From Pelomyxa schiedti (lineage: Eukaryota > Protista > Evosea): DNA of 64,000 bases. Numbering within the stretch: the first letter of the stretch is position 1; each line of letters opens with the position of its first letter. Location of the stretch: the NCBI GenBank assembly GCA_020536535.1, contig JAHLWZ010000206.1, forward strand, positions 1-64,000, in the 5' to 3' direction. This document shows positions 1 to 13,488 of this stretch, piece after piece. The notes below the pieces were generated by a model. The model was given only the letters and a program-made list of their open reading frames with translations, had not been told where the DNA came from and ran no database searches. The position numbers and the translations under genes are program-made.

Positions 1-227
1 TTGCTGTGGAACCCTCAAAAAAGAAGTCAAGAGTGCAAAATGAGTTGCCACAGAAACCCGCTGTTCTTATTACAGATATGCTAAGTAAGGCATTTTACAG
101 CAACCAATTGTGTAATACCCCTTGAGAATGGGGGCCTGTATGTTTTCTGGCTCGATGCATGTGAAGACACAAATCTCAACAGTTGGGTTTATCTCTTTGG
201 AAAGGTTGATTGGTAATATTTTTTTTT
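1..227 (+). repeat. Chimeric duplicate of two internal POLA1 segments
   Basis: 1-121 is identical to 448-568 and 116-227 is identical to 1235-1346. The junctions fall at TACCCC microhomology and at a T9 run. Confidence 0.9.
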
Positions 228-387
228 CTCCCTTATTGTTTCCTCCCCCCTTTCTTTTTACCCTTGGCTTGTTGTTATCCATTCTAAAAAGGAGTGTGTG
301 ATACTGGTGTTTTGTGGCAAGATTTTTGCTTTTTTCCCCTCTTTCAATTTTTGTGGTTATGGTCTTCTGAATGATAATGCACTTCAG

Positions 388-3300
388 ACGAACATGCTGG
401 TTATGCAGATCGCGACGAGGGTGATTGGGATGAACCTCCTTCACCTGTTGCTGTGGAACCCTCAAAAAAGAAGTCAAGAGTGCAAAATGAGTTGCCACAG
501 AAACCCGCTGTTCTTATTACAGATATGCTAAGTAAGGCATTTTACAGCAACCAATTGTGTAATACCCCGCAGAAAAACATGTGAATAAGCCCCCTACATC
601 AACAACAGCAGCAGCAAGCACTGCTCCTTCTGTATTTCATCCCTGTATACCGTAAGGTTAAGTGACATTTTTTGTCTAGAGCACAGCAACAGATGACATT
701 GCCGAACTTGCAAATGCTGACCCCTTTGCTATGCCTTTTGATGCCCCCACAAATACGTTTTCATTTCCCACCAACATAACCCCACAATCTTTCCCTTCAG
801 TGAAGGAAGAAACGGAACCACAACCAAGGATACTCCCTTCACCTGACCTGACTTCCACGCCTACGGCCGCAGCCACTTCCACACCTTTCACAACCACCAC
901 CGCACCTTCTGCTGCTTCTACCACCACATCATCGTCACCTGTAACCTCTTCTACATCAACTGCACCAAGACTGAGTACAGAGACAACCACTAAAGAAAAG
1001 AAAGAAAAGAAACCATCTGTGGGTGGCAAGGATATGGACTTTCCTGTAGATGATGCTCTACTGGCTGCATTAGAAGACGATGACGCAGGCCAACCTCCGC
1101 CTCCTCAACCAAGACAAACTCCTGTTGTTATGGCTGATGCTGATTTCAAGCCTATACAACAAAAAAAAAGAGGTAGTGTCAATTTACTTGTTTGTGGTTT
1201 CAACTTTCTATAGGACAAGAGGTTGATGCAAAACTACCCCTTGAGAATGGGGGCCTGTATGTTTTCTGGCTCGATGCATGTGAAGACACAAATCTCAACA
1301 GTTGGGTTTATCTCTTTGGAAAGGTTGATTGGTAATATTTTTTTTTGTCTCTTATAAATGCTCCATTTCAGGTTCAGACACCAAGTGGCTTTGCAAGCTG
1401 CTCCATCACAGTCAAAACTATGGAAAGAGTCCTGTATGCAGTTCCTCGCCTGAAAGGTTTTCTATTTCACCAAGTTAAGCAAGAAGTCTCAAAATATTTT
1501 AGAAGGTTCACAACCTGCTAGCTTAGAGGACCTTTTCCATGAATTCGAAGAAGTGTCTTCAGTGTACAATATCCCAACAATGAGAGCAAAGCCATGCAAG
1601 GTCTTTGAAGTGCTACAAAAGTGTATCCCTGACACTTGCGTTTAGAAAAATTATGCATTCTATGAGGCAGGTGTTCCCATTGGAGTGACAGAATATCTAA
1701 AAATTAAAGTTCCTTCATCAGGTATTTTTCTTGTGGAGGTTTTTTCAAACACTCAAGAAGTGGGGGTCAAAAGCTCCCCTTTTGCCGCAGGATATTTCTG
1801 GACGTACGTTTTCACGTATTTATGGAACCCACACCTCTCTTGTGGAGCATATAATACTCAAGTGTCGGTTGCAGGGTCCAGAGTGGTTATTTCTTCATGG
1901 TGCTGAACCAAATTCTGTCAAAGTAAGACCCTTCATTTTTAGTACACTTCCCCACCTCAACTTTTCTACACCATCAAGCTCTTTCCTGCCAAATCCTCAT
2001 TTGTACAATTAGCACACCTGGGCGACTTACGAAGTTGTTGTTAAATCTGTCAAAGACATATTTAGAGCATCTGAACTGGTTTGGATCAAAACCTACAAGA
2101 GAAATTTTTCTCATTAATTGATAGCCATCTGCTAAGCCTAGACCTTCCCCTCCCCTTACACTTTTGAGCTTAAGTCTGCAAATTGGGCCAACAATAGCCA
2201 ATCAAAAGAAGAAGCAACCAAGATCCGAGATAATTGTAGTCTCTGGAGTTAGTTCCAATCAATGTGAGTACTAATCCTTTCTTCCCTTCAAATATTTTCT
2301 CACTTGCACATAGTCGCCATGGATAGTGCTGCACCGACACAGTCATATTCTTATTTCACCCTCCTCAATCAAATTCGTTCCATACCAACAGCCTTTTCCG
2401 CAAAATCGAATTCCCAAGGAGTTATTATATGCCGAACTGAAAGGGAGCTTCTATCCAGTTTTATTAGTATGTATTCACTGTTAATTATTTGCCTTGACAC
2501 TTAATGTCATCCAGGTAAAGTAACAGAAATCGACCCCGATGTAATTGTTGGGCACAGGCTTCTGTCTTTCATTATGGACATGATATTGAGCGGATTTGCA
2601 GCCAGGGACACACCCCAGTGGTCCATCCTTGGAAGAATGCGTCGTAACAAGTGCGTTTCTTTGTTTTGCCTCCTGTCTCGAATACTCATGAAGATACAGC
2701 CTTCCCCGAACTGGGCATGGAGATTGGGCTAGTAAAAACCTACTGTGCGGTCGACTTGCATGTGACACATATTTACTCTCCAAAGTATGAGTAGGAGGAA
2801 ATATCTCATTAATCTGTATACTAACACTAAGAAGGAATTCTTGAGGTCTCAAAAAAACTATGAGTTGAGTGATCTTGCTCTCAGCCAGTTCCAAATGGAG
2901 AGGGTTTGACTTCAATGCTACTGATACTTAAACAAATGACAGCTGTTCAAAAGGTGGAAATCAGACCTGAAGATGTACCTGCTATGTTTGGAAATGCATC
3001 CCAGCTGCAGGCTTTGGTCAGTCATACCTTAGACGATGCCAAGTTGGCACTCAACATTGTGCGGAAGTTGATGGTAATACCATTGACAAAACAACTTACC
3101 AACATAGCTGGAAATCTATGGTCAGAATTCCTTATAATAAACATATTATGTCTTTTGACTGTACTGTGATTTGTAGGAGTCAGTCTCTGTTTGGCCACCG
3201 TGCAGAACGTATTGAGTATCTTTTGCTGCACCGATTTTCAGTTCAAGATTTTGTTCTACCAGACAAGTTCAAAGGTTTTTATTGTGCTAAAGGAAACTGT

Positions 3301-5768
3301 TTCTTCTGACCCGAACTAGCAGCAAAAAACCAATTTAAAAAAAAAAAGGGAGCTTACAGTGGTGGTTTGGTTCTGGAGCCTCAATCTGGGTTCTATGACA
3401 AAATCGTTCTTTTACTGGATTTCAAGAGTCTGTACCCATCCCTCATCCAGGAACACAACATATGTTTCACGACAGTCAACCAAGTTCATGTACAGCATTC
3501 TCATTCTTGAAAGTCTTGCATTCTGATCAACATAGAAACCAGATGGTACATGGGAAGCCACTCCCCCTGACCCTTCAGTTCCGATTGGTATTCTCCCGCA
3601 GGTTGTACGTATGCTAGTGGAGAAAAGACGTCAAGTGAAAGATTTAATGAAGAATCAGCGTGACAAGGCGCAGCTTGGTATACTCCAACTAGTGTTATCC
3701 ATAGTGACCAAACTTAAGAGCAATTGGATATACGACAAAGTGCTCTGAAACTCATTGCCAACAGTTTATATGGCTGTCTTGGATTCCCTAGCTCTCGCTT
3801 TTATGCAAAACCCATTGCTGAACTTATTACATGTAAAGGGCGTGAAACACTTCAACAGTCTGTGACTTATGTGTCTGAGAAGCACCACCTGAATGTATGC
3901 TAAGTGGAGTGTAAATCCAGAGAATAATGTACTTGCAGGTGATATACGGCGACACTGATAGTATGATGATCAGCACAAATGTTTCTACAGTTGAGGAAGC
4001 CTGGAGTACTGCACGCGAAATCACCAAGGCCATAAATAAAAATTATCACACTTTGGTGGGACTATTTACTTGGGTTTTTTGTACCCACTAATTTTCCACA
4101 GGAAATTGAAGTTGATGGTGTTTTCCACTCTATCTTGTTGTTGAAAAAGAAGAAATATGCTGCTCTTCGTGCACTGGAAGGGGTATGCAATTTTGTGCAC
4201 CAACAATTTTTTATGGTGAACATTCTCTAGGGTGCACGACGGTGTGAAGTTAAGGGTCTTGACATGGTCCGCCGTGATTGGTGTGACTTAGCACATAAGG
4301 CTTGCAGACAAGTTCTTGACTTTATAATGTCAGGGCAGCCTCTAGAAGAAGTGGCAAAACTAGTTTTATCGTATTTGTCGGAATTGTCAGTGAAGATTCG
4401 AGAGGGCAATATGCCTTTAACTGACTATGTAATCACACGAGGTGTGTCTTTGTCAAGGAGATATAAATTTTGACATACCTCAGCTCTGACAAAGAAGGTT
4501 GAGGAATATCCCGATGCTAAAAGCCTCCCCCATGTTCTACTGGCCAAGCATCTTATTTCTCAGGTGTGTCCCAGCCAATAGTCCCAACAAGTAAAGAAAT
4601 AGCAGGGGAAAACAGTCAGAGTGGGAGACTTGATTGGGTTCATTATTTCTTCAGGAGACCAGTCATTTGCAGAGAGGGCACGGTCTTTAGAACAAGTGGA
4701 ATCCGATCACATACCGATAGGTAGGTAAGATCGATGTAAAATTGTCTATAACTCGTCGAAAGATGTGGAGTATTACCTTGCACAACAAGTTTTACCTACT
4801 GTCTGTCGGCTTCTGGAACCAGTTAGCGCCATATCTTCATCAAGCATAGCTGACAGCCTAGGTTTCTTTCACTCTAACTCAGGATTGCATATAAAATTCA
4901 CAACCTTTTCAGGTCTCGATCCCATAAAGTATGCCAGGTTTTCCAGGCAGGGGTCCCATACTGCCGCAGCCGATCATAGAGATGATATAAACTCTGCTTC
5001 TAGCATAGCAGCTCCATCGTCACATACTACATCATCTCCCCTTCCAAGCGGATTACTGATTTACTGCCCTTCTCCGTCATGTCACAGAAACGGCCCTGCA
5101 AAATTCCTTGGCCTCGCGGCTGTGGTTGCTCATCTTGAAACCCCAGCTGCAAGTCAGACTGCCACAGGACCTCGCAAGCACAATGGTTTGCCGCTTACTC
5201 ATGCAGAACAATACTCATACTTTATACAGCATTTATGTGTCCTCAGTGCAACTTGCCGTACACCGCTGGTCTGATCAGCAACCAATTACAGCTTGCAGTC
5301 CGTAGTTTCACGAAACAGTACTACTATCATTCAATGATTTGCACCGCACCTTTATGTGCCAAGTCATCAAGACTTCTTGTATGCAAGGAGGGAGGTGCGT
5401 CTCCAAGGCCAATCTTGTGCTCTGTACCGGGCTGCAAGAGCCCAATGGCTCCTTTCGTGTGTTCCCTTTTTTTCAGTGTCTCTTCATAACACCTTCCCAG
5501 TTTTCTGAAGAAGAATTTGTCAAGCAGCTTCAGGAATTACGGTCTTTGTTTGACCTAGACAGTTTTCTGGAAGCCAATCCAAGTAAAACCCATGTTCTTT
5601 TACTCAAAACACTAAAAAACAAACCTCTGAATAGAACTCAAAGCAACAACAGTTCTGAGTGATTCTGAAATAGAACTATGCCGTGTTCTCTACCAAAAGG
5701 CACAAGACCACATCAGTCAACTACAACAAAGTTTTCTTCCCGCAGGACTCTACACGGACATGGTATAA
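388..5768 (+). CDS. POLA1: DNA polymerase alpha catalytic subunit, multi-exon, 5' end missing or scrambled
   Basis: Spliced exons give N-terminal [54 protein letters not shown]-family motifs [10 protein letters not shown] (~3412), [16 protein letters not shown] and YGDTDS (~3945), [27 protein letters not shown], and C-terminal Cys pairs (CPSPSC/CPQC, CTAPLC/CSVPGC). Stop TAA at 5766-5768. Confidence 0.95.
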
Positions 5769-6025
5769 CCAATAAGAATTAGTTCGTTCTCAAATAAAGA
5801 GCTGTTTTTCCCCTCTCCACTCTTTGTTAGGAGCTAGAAACAGGTGTTTTTGTGCCAGAAGTATTTTGAATTACAAGCTATTTTGTACAGTTTCAGATAC
5901 AAAAGCCAATGATGGATGCCTCCATGGAATAGTGGAAACGCCGGGCAAACCTCCCATAATGATGGAAGCCCTAGGTGCCACATCACACAGGGGTTCTCTT
6001 TGTAGTTTTGCATGACGATCACGGG

Positions 6026-6346
6026 TCAGTCCTTCTTCTCCTTGTTTTTGCCAGATGCCTTTCCCTTGGCGCCGTGCTTCTTTGTGGACTTGGGCTTGTT
6101 ACTCGCGCCTTCGTACGCTATTATGGGATCCTCGTCGACGGCGGCGTGCTCCTGAGTGTGGCCCATCACGAGCAACGGCACGTCGGCGTCGTTCGAGGAG
6201 GCGCCGGCCTTGGTGGACGACTTTTGTGGCTTCGCTTTGCTTCCGTGTGGCGAGGATGATGCCACGTCGGATTTTGGTGGGGTCGGCGACGTGACTTCTT
6301 CGTACAGATCGTCGAGGTGCGCCATGAGCTTGTCCAGACCAGCCAT
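6026..6346 (-). CDS. Small intronless hypothetical protein (106 aa) with an N-terminal LD-like motif and Lys-rich tail
   Basis: GC-rich ORF MAGLDKLMAHLDDLYEEV...KNKEKKD* preceded by AAAAATGG. Confidence 0.55.
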   Translation of the reverse strand: MAGLDKLMAHLDDLYEEVTSPTPPKSDVASSSPHGSKAKPQKSSTKAGASSNDADVPLLVMGHTQEHAAVDEDPIIAYEGASNKPKSTKKHGAKGKASGKNKEKKD

Positions 6347-6417
6347 TTTTGATCGTCCAAAAGTTAATGAAAAGAAGGAACACAAAAAAAAATGTTTTTG
6401 ATGGTGGGACACAAAGG

Positions 6418-8193
6418 CTACGCTTTTCCGTTGGCGTTTGTCCCACAATGACTTGGCCCGTGGACCCTTGAACACTCCTCAAACGCTTTCCAGCAGCAAC
6501 TCACTAGTTCAAACAGTCTTCTCTGAGCCGATTTATCCCCAGCACAAGCAGCCCTCGTGTAAAGTTGGTACGCCTTGGCCACGTCCTTTGGTGCGCGGAA
6601 CTCACCGCGTTCCAACCATTTCGCAACCTTGATTATGGCACTGATATAGCCCTTGTCAACGATTTCCCGGAAAATGGTGTCGGCCCTTTTCACGTGCCTG
6701 CTCACTCCTAGGCCGCATTCGTAGCACAGTGCCAACATGGTTCTCGCATCACATGACTCTTCTGCCACCTTCTTCAGAATGGGAATGGCCCTGTGGACGT
6801 TCCGTTTCATGCCGTGAGCACCCATCAACAGACCCCATCCAAGTGAAACCCCGGCTTCGATGCTCCCCTTTTCGTAAGCCCTCTGAATGAGTGACACTGC
6901 GCGATTCACGTCGGCGGGAATTCCTTCCCCCGTGGTGTAATGGTCACTGAGTTCCATCATTGCTTGAGTATCTCCGGCATCAGCGGCATTCTTCAGGAGC
7001 GAAAGTGCTTTTGTCAAGTCCACATTCACTCCTTTGCCCTCTTTGTAACACTGGGCAAGTTGACGCATTGCTGGAGTGTATCCGTCGTTCGAAGCTCTCT
7101 TAAGAAGCGAAACGGCTTGGTCTGGGTCAAATGCGACGCCTTCGCCATTCATGTAGTGCTCGCTGAGGTGGTACATTGCTACTACAAAAGAACTGGCCAC
7201 AGACTTCTGGTAAAGTTCAACTGCCTTCTTGACATCTTTCTCTACTCCTTCTCCTTTGTCATAACATCTACCCAGGCGCCATAATGCTTGCCGATCGTTC
7301 ATCTTTGCAGACTTCTGAAGAAGTGAAATGGCTTTTTCTTGGTCCAATGGAACGCCATTACCCTCCAGGTAGTGCTCACTGAGGCTGTACATTGCTGTGA
7401 AACATCCACCTTCCGCAGACCTCTGGTAAAGATCGATTGCCTTTTTGGTATCTTTCTCTACTCCAATTCCGAGGTCATAACATCTTCCAAGGCGAAATAA
7501 GGCGGTTGACTTGCCTTTCTTAACAGCTTTCTTCAAATATGAGATACCTTTCTCCACGTCCAGCCGCACTCCCGCCGTACCGTACAAGTAGAAGTCACTG
7601 AGATTGAGCTGAGCCTGCCATCCAACCCTGGGATCATTTACAGTCCTCAGGAAAAGAGAAAGAGCCTTCTTCTCGTCGACTGGGACACCTTTACCGTGCA
7701 TGTACAGCTCCCCAAGAGCAACGCGTGCGTCAGCCACCCCGAGATCGGAAGCTCTCTGAAATAAAGCGGCTGCTTTGTTGAGATCTATTTCCACTCCCAG
7801 GCCATGCAGGAAGCAGCCTCCAAGGACATACATTGCACCAGAGTGCCCCGCATCGGCCCCCTTCTGCAGATAAGGAATGGACTTGAATATATCGGCCTGG
7901 ATGCCATAGCTCCCTGCTAAGTAGCAGCCGGATAGCTCCCACAATGCCTCTACGTTGCCGGCATCGGCCGCCCTGTTCAAGTAGTGCATCCCCAGGACTG
8001 TATCTTGGTCCGTTCCCTGCCCCTTCATGTAGAGTTGCCCAAGCGCGTAGAACATTCTGGGGTCGCCCTTGTATTCGGCAGTCAGCCTGAACAGAGAAAA
8101 GCCCCTTGGTTCCTTACGACCAACAACGAATTCAAAGTTCTCAAGTGGCCTCCCAGTGTCCCCTCCCCCATACATAAACGCCCAGTTATTCAT
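6418..8193 (-). CDS. Sel1-like repeat protein, intronless, about 14 repeats
   Basis: 591-aa ORF of tandem ~36-aa units, e.g. ALFRLGRCYDLGIGVEKDTKKAIDLYQRSAEGG. Confidence 0.93.
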   Translation of the reverse strand: MNNWAFMYGGGDTGRPLENFEFVVGRKEPRGFSLFRLTAEYKGDPRMFYALGQLYMKGQGTDQDTVLGMHYLNRAADAGNVEALWELSGCYLAGSYGIQADIFKSIPYLQKGADAGHSGAMYVLGGCFLHGLGVEIDLNKAAALFQRASDLGVADARVALGELYMHGKGVPVDEKKALSLFLRTVNDPRVGWQAQLNLSDFYLYGTAGVRLDVEKGISYLKKAVKKGKSTALFRLGRCYDLGIGVEKDTKKAIDLYQRSAEGGCFTAMYSLSEHYLEGNGVPLDQEKAISLLQKSAKMNDRQALWRLGRCYDKGEGVEKDVKKAVELYQKSVASSFVVAMYHLSEHYMNGEGVAFDPDQAVSLLKRASNDGYTPAMRQLAQCYKEGKGVNVDLTKALSLLKNAADAGDTQAMMELSDHYTTGEGIPADVNRAVSLIQRAYEKGSIEAGVSLGWGLLMGAHGMKRNVHRAIPILKKVAEESCDARTMLALCYECGLGVSRHVKRADTIFREIVDKGYISAIIKVAKWLERGEFRAPKDVAKAYQLYTRAACAGDKSAQRRLFELVSCCWKAFEECSRVHGPSHCGTNANGKA

Positions 8194-8366
8194 TCTCCCG
8201 ACGTGTTACTGCTGCTGTCTTTGAGATTAATACTTTTTTCTTTATCTTGAGAGTTGTGGTGTGTGGCGCTATTTTAAGTGGTTGCCTAAGAAAAATGCGC
8301 GGAAACAAGGGCTGGCTTGGCGCCAAAGTGGGAGAAAGGGAAAAAGATGGGTGACGAGGTATGTAT

Positions 8367-9132
8367 TTAGCTTTTAGTCGAAGACACGGCAGATAGAGTT
8401 TCACATCTTCTCAGTAATGTCTGCATTCTCTCCAACAATAAACTGTTTGAGCTGTAGCAAGAGTTTGGGGTGTAGGGTTGCTCTATTTTCAGTGCTCCAC
8501 CAAGCACGTCAACAGCTCCGCCTTCTTTCTCCTCAAAGTTTATTCTTTGCTGTAGTGTAATCATTAGCTTAATTATTTGATAGGGCAAATGTAGATACAT
8601 ACTTCAGAGAGCAGTTGAAGCAGGGCTTGCTTTCGATTATTGAGTGACTCCACAGAAACTAAGTTGGGTGTGCGCCACAAGACTGAAATGTCATCACCAG
8701 TGAGATCCAGGGTGCATTTCGATCCTGAAACAACTGCGATGTCTCGTGAGAAGGGTAAAGAGGCAAGATTCCACACCTTCCATGTGTTGTATTGTACTCG
8801 AGAATACACAGGTTGTTTTTATGCCACTGCCCTTATCAGCCTGAAGTTTTTTAAAAAAAAAAAAGAAATACAAAAGATAGCATCGAGTTGGAGGTAACCT
8901 CTGACACCAAAATGACATGGAAAGCCTCAGGATCTATTGTATACAAAAACCCAGTGACGGTTTCGCAAGCAGTCCTCGAAACCCTTGAGTGCAGCGTATT
9001 AAAGCAAGCATTGGGAGTTCAGATCAGTTGTAACAAGGGTGCTCACGCTACTGTTATAACAACACAACAGCCAATGTGACCCAGCACATCATCCCAGTCC
9101 GCGAACGGCATCCACTGCGGTGCATCTTGCAT
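8367..9132 (-). CDS. GEMIN6: Gemin6-like SMN complex subunit, multi-exon
   Basis: Spliced product: MQDAPQWMPFADW..., GFLYTIDPEAFHVILV (Sm-like fold), then ESLNNRKQALLQLLSE|QRINF..GALKIEQPYTPNSCYSSNSLLLERMQTLL. This matches the remembered Gemin6 pattern GWVLTTDP...LEERK..L...VLTIDPPY.PENC.SSNEIILSR. Confidence 0.8.
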
Positions 9133-9270
9133 TTATGTTATTTTATGCTTTGGCGTATGTGGTCGCAGGCAAATTAAGGTGTCAAACCGGCCCATTTCCC
9201 GGACATCACTACACTGCCAATTTGTTTTTCAGATTTGGCATTAATTCGATCAAATCAAAAAAGAGAAGCG

Positions 9271-11781
9271 ATGTCGCGACACCGGTTCGTACGTGGGATT
9301 ACGAAAGAAGGTCGTTCGGGCTGTATGAAGAAGATTTAATGAGATCTGACTGGTATTGATAGCGCTGGACGACGAGGACTATTTCGAAGATGAGTACTAC
9401 GACGAAGAAAATGAAGAAGAATCATATTCCAAGCCCGCACGTACCGCCCCGGCACCGAAAAGTGTCCCACAAAAACAAGGTTTCAATAGCTTCCTGCCTA
9501 ATTTTTAACTCCCCCTTCTTGTTTACATTTTGCGCCTTCAACTAGGAAAAGGGGCGCAATCACAACCACCTTCTTCTACAGCCAAGGGCGGACCTCCCCC
9601 AACCGCAAAGGGGAAACCTACAACCAAAAATAATCCTCCTCCCACTACTACCAAGACCACAACGCCGAGTGCTAAACCTCCTGCCCAAAAGGGCAGCACC
9701 ACAAACGCAACAGCGAACACTCCAAAAGCAACACCTACTCCAAAGAGTTCAACATCAACCACCCCAACTGCAACTGTCACATCGGCTCCAACAACTGCAT
9801 CCACTACAACAGAGGTTACCCCTTCTAAGTTAACAGTAGAAGATTCTCCTGCCCAACCCACACCAAATCCTGAGCACAGATTGGACCCTCCTGCTGAGCA
9901 GACAGAACACCCACTGTCGTCCGCTTCAGCAACAGAAGCAACAGTTTCTACAACGACTCACAAGTGTGTACTCCTCTTGTAAATATTTACCTCCTGACAT
10001 CAGAAAGTGTTAGCCAACATTCCTCCAGTCGACACGATCAACTGTTGAAGCTGCTGCAGACAAAGCAAACAGATGCAAAAGAGGTGGAAAGTGTTGAAGC
10101 ATTCTTAATACTTATTTTGTCAAGGCTATAAGCTTGGTAACTGTTGGACATGTAGATGCTGGGAAAAGTACCACGATGGGCCACCTTCTGTGCCTGCTGG
10201 GTCATGTTTCTGCTCAAACTATGCACAGGTTTTCTTTTTTTTTCATCTTTTCCTCAAATTTTCATTGTGTATTAGATATGAAAGAGATAGTGCCGCTGTA
10301 GGGAAAGGGTCGTTTGCTTATGCTTGGGTTCTAGATGCACATGCAACTGAGAGAGCAAGAGGCGTTACCACAGATGTTGCTGTCACCCATCTCGAAACAC
10401 CAAAGCATAGGGTAACTCTTCTGGATGCGCCAGGCCACCGCGATTTCGTACCAAATATGATCTCAGGTGCCTCACAAGCTGACGCGGCCTTATTGGTGGT
10501 GCACGCAGGGACAGGCGAGTTCGAGGCTGGTTTTATGGGCGATGGCCAAACAAGAGAGCATGCATTATTGACTAGAAGTTTGGGGATAACTCAGTTGATT
10601 GTGGCAGTAAACCAGATGGATAAGGTGCACAACAGCATTGCCGCTGGTATCATTTACATTCATTCAGGTATCATGGTCAAAAGAGCGTTACGATCAAATT
10701 ACAACAGCTCTCACCGGTTTTCTCAGAAAGGTAAATTCTCACCTTTCACCTTCTTGTCTTAAAAGCAATCCCAAGGCCGGATTTCGTGATAACGCCTACA
10801 AGTTTGTTCCAATAAGTGGACTTTCTGGAGAAAACTTAGTGAAAAGAGTGGAACCAAAACTTAGTGCTTGGTACAATGGTCCCACCTTAGTGGAGTGCAT
10901 TGGTATGTCCCATTTCCACCCTGGGAAAGGGTAAAAAAGCATGAGGGGGAGGGAAAAAAACACACTAAATACATGTTGGACCAATTAAGTTTCATGAGGT
11001 TTGTAGATCAGCTAAATGTTTCGGAGAGGGCACGGGAGTCACCTTTCCGGTTATCTGCCAGTGATGTCTACAAGGTAGGCTCTGGGATATGTGTTGGGGG
11101 AAAAATTGATACTGGTATTGTTGGCGTCAATGACAAGGTACTTTCTCTACAGATTCACTTGTGTCAACCTTTATCTAGCTACTCATATTACCGTCAAACG
11201 AACTTGTTACTGTCAAGTCTATTTGGAGTTCACAACTTCAAACTGAAGTTTCTGGGGCTGGTGAAAACGTTGATTTGACACTTCATGGAGCTGAACTGAC
11301 AGCATTGAGGTGAATCAAGTTTGACACATGCAATTGAATGAGCTCACATCTCTATAGTGTCGGTAGTGTGCTCTGTGACCCAGCAAGCAGAATTCCTTTG
11401 GTCAGGAGATTTATTGCTCAAATACTCACATTCACGCTGGACATTCCCATCACCAACGGCATGCAAGCCATACTGTACGCACACAACCTGAGTGCTTCTG
11501 TCACAATCTCCAGACTCTGTTGCATTATTGACAGAGCAACCGGCACAGTAACACACAAACGGCCCAGGTACCACTTATAACAAAAAAGTGCCGTTCTAAA
11601 ACAGTTTCCCAGGGCACTTTCGGAGCAAGTCACAGCAGAAGTAGAAATAAGTGTTGATGCTTCTGTTTCACTGTGCCTTGACGAATATAGCGCATGTAAA
11701 TCACTCGGCCGCTTCACACTACGTGCTGCGGGCAAGACCATTGCCGGTGGAGTAATAAAAAAAATTTTGTCCACTCATTAG
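9271..11781 (+). CDS. HBS1: HBS1-like translational GTPase (ribosome rescue), multi-exon
   Basis: Starts MSRHRFVRG. Contains [65 protein letters not shown] and C-terminal [16 protein letters not shown]. Confidence 0.93.
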
Positions 11782-11877
11782 CTGAGCAAAAAAGGACAAC
11801 TGCTTTTTGTTATCCCTGAACAGGGATGTTGGGTTCTAGGAGAACCTTTTTTTTTGAATGGTCACTATTTTTTGGAA

Positions 11878-13488
11878 TTAGATAAAGCAGCAAAGCCACC
11901 CACATTCCCAGACACAAAAGCCATCGAATATCCTGACAAAGGCGATTCCCATAAGCGGGAAGCAGCCGAGAATGAGCCCGATACACGTCACGCGCCTGGC
12001 CCACGGGGGCATTTTGCGGATATACTGCATCAAGAATAGCTTCTCAAAGGCACATAGCAGGCCTTCAACTACAAAGAATGTATGAAGGCTCAGTGCACGC
12101 CATATGTCCCGCTTGGCTACATAGAAGGGAAAGCTGTGGAAGTGTGTTAGAAGGTATATTACAAAAAAGGAGACTGACCTGTGGAATAACCCGCTGGCCA
12201 AGAATGTCAATGAAACGCCGAGCCAGGCATAGAACACAGAAGGTTTCTGGGGTTGCCGCCGGGACCGCGGGCTCAGGTTCCCTGGGTTCTCTGCTGGAGG
12301 GCAGGTCTTTATCCCCACTATGGGGTTGAAGAAGTGACTTGCTAGTGATGTGCCTATTACTCGGTTCCATCTCACTCCCCTATTGCATCCAGTGGTAAGA
12401 AAGACTGTAAATTCCTTGCAGACTCACCAGAACTCCTGCACTGAAGAGGAGAGGATTGGGTTGGAATGCAACCCCTTGGGCATTCCAAGTCCGAATAAGT
12501 GCAAAATAATGTCCCACCCAGCATAAGCCAAATCAATGACACTATAAACTAGCATCGCTGGAAAGAGGCCCGTCTCTAGATAAAGCAGAACAACACTAGG
12601 CAATACGTCGTGCAACCATGTGGTGTGCACCAGTATGATAAATTGGGTGCTTAATACAGAGAGTACTACAAAGATGGCATATCGTCTCCAGGGAGGGGGG
12701 TCGGGATTACGCACAAGCATCCGTGTATCAACTATACTGAACACATGGAGACATCGCCATAAAAAGCCGTAACTACACAGAGGTTTACCCTTTTAAAAAA
12801 TGTAACTAACGGGTGCCAAATTACGCAACGGGAATGTACCTGGAAGTCATTCATAAAATCCACTACATGGAAAAACACTATCACAGAGAAAGTAGAGAAC
12901 AAGTAGACAGTGAACCTCATCCAAAAGGTATTTGGAATAACCAAGGGCCTGCTCCCTAAATAGTATGCTACAAAACAAAACGAAAACAAAAAAACCTCAT
13001 TGGTTAGAACACCAACAACACCTTCTAGTATAATTCTAGCCAAACAGTCCCAGATTCAATATTTATGTTTTTTTTTTTTTTTTCATTGTTTGGTGGGGGC
13101 ATTTTTAAATGAGTTAACAACAAAAGGAGTAATCGCACACGCCATGTTTGATCCGCTCCGCAGCGAGAATACCCAGCGGGGTTCCCGTCTCCCGCGCCGT
13201 CGCCGGCCTCGTCGCAGAACCCAAACATCAGAGGCATCGCCACCGCGCACAGGGACAGCGCCACCGCCGCGGAGTTCCTAACCAGGCGCACCGCCCTGAT
13301 TGGCCGCTGCTGCCGCACGCGGGGGCTCGACCCTCCATCCGCCAGCGCTGCCGCTGCAATGTTGAGCCCAATGCCACTCCGCAAAATCACCCTGTGTGTG
13401 TGTGTGTCCGTGTGAGCTTTGTAACTGATAGGAGGATATGGGTCGATAGATAGAGGAATGGGGTGTACCCTAGTGCTGACTGCACCAT
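11878..13488 (-). CDS. MBOAT_2 / wax-synthase-like membrane-bound O-acyltransferase
   Basis: Multiple hydrophobic segments, HSNPILSSSVQEFW|GVRWNR, and FLASGLFH containing the expected MBOAT His. Confidence 0.8.

Noticed and set aside
70-498. Minus-strand 142-aa ORF at the window start
   Set aside because: It crosses chimeric junctions and the T-rich POLA1 intron, so it is unlikely to be a real gene.
3410-3440. POLA1 motif A reads DFKSLYPS instead of the usual DFNSLYPS
   Set aside because: This position varies among B-family polymerases. The catalytic Asp and steric-gate Tyr are intact.
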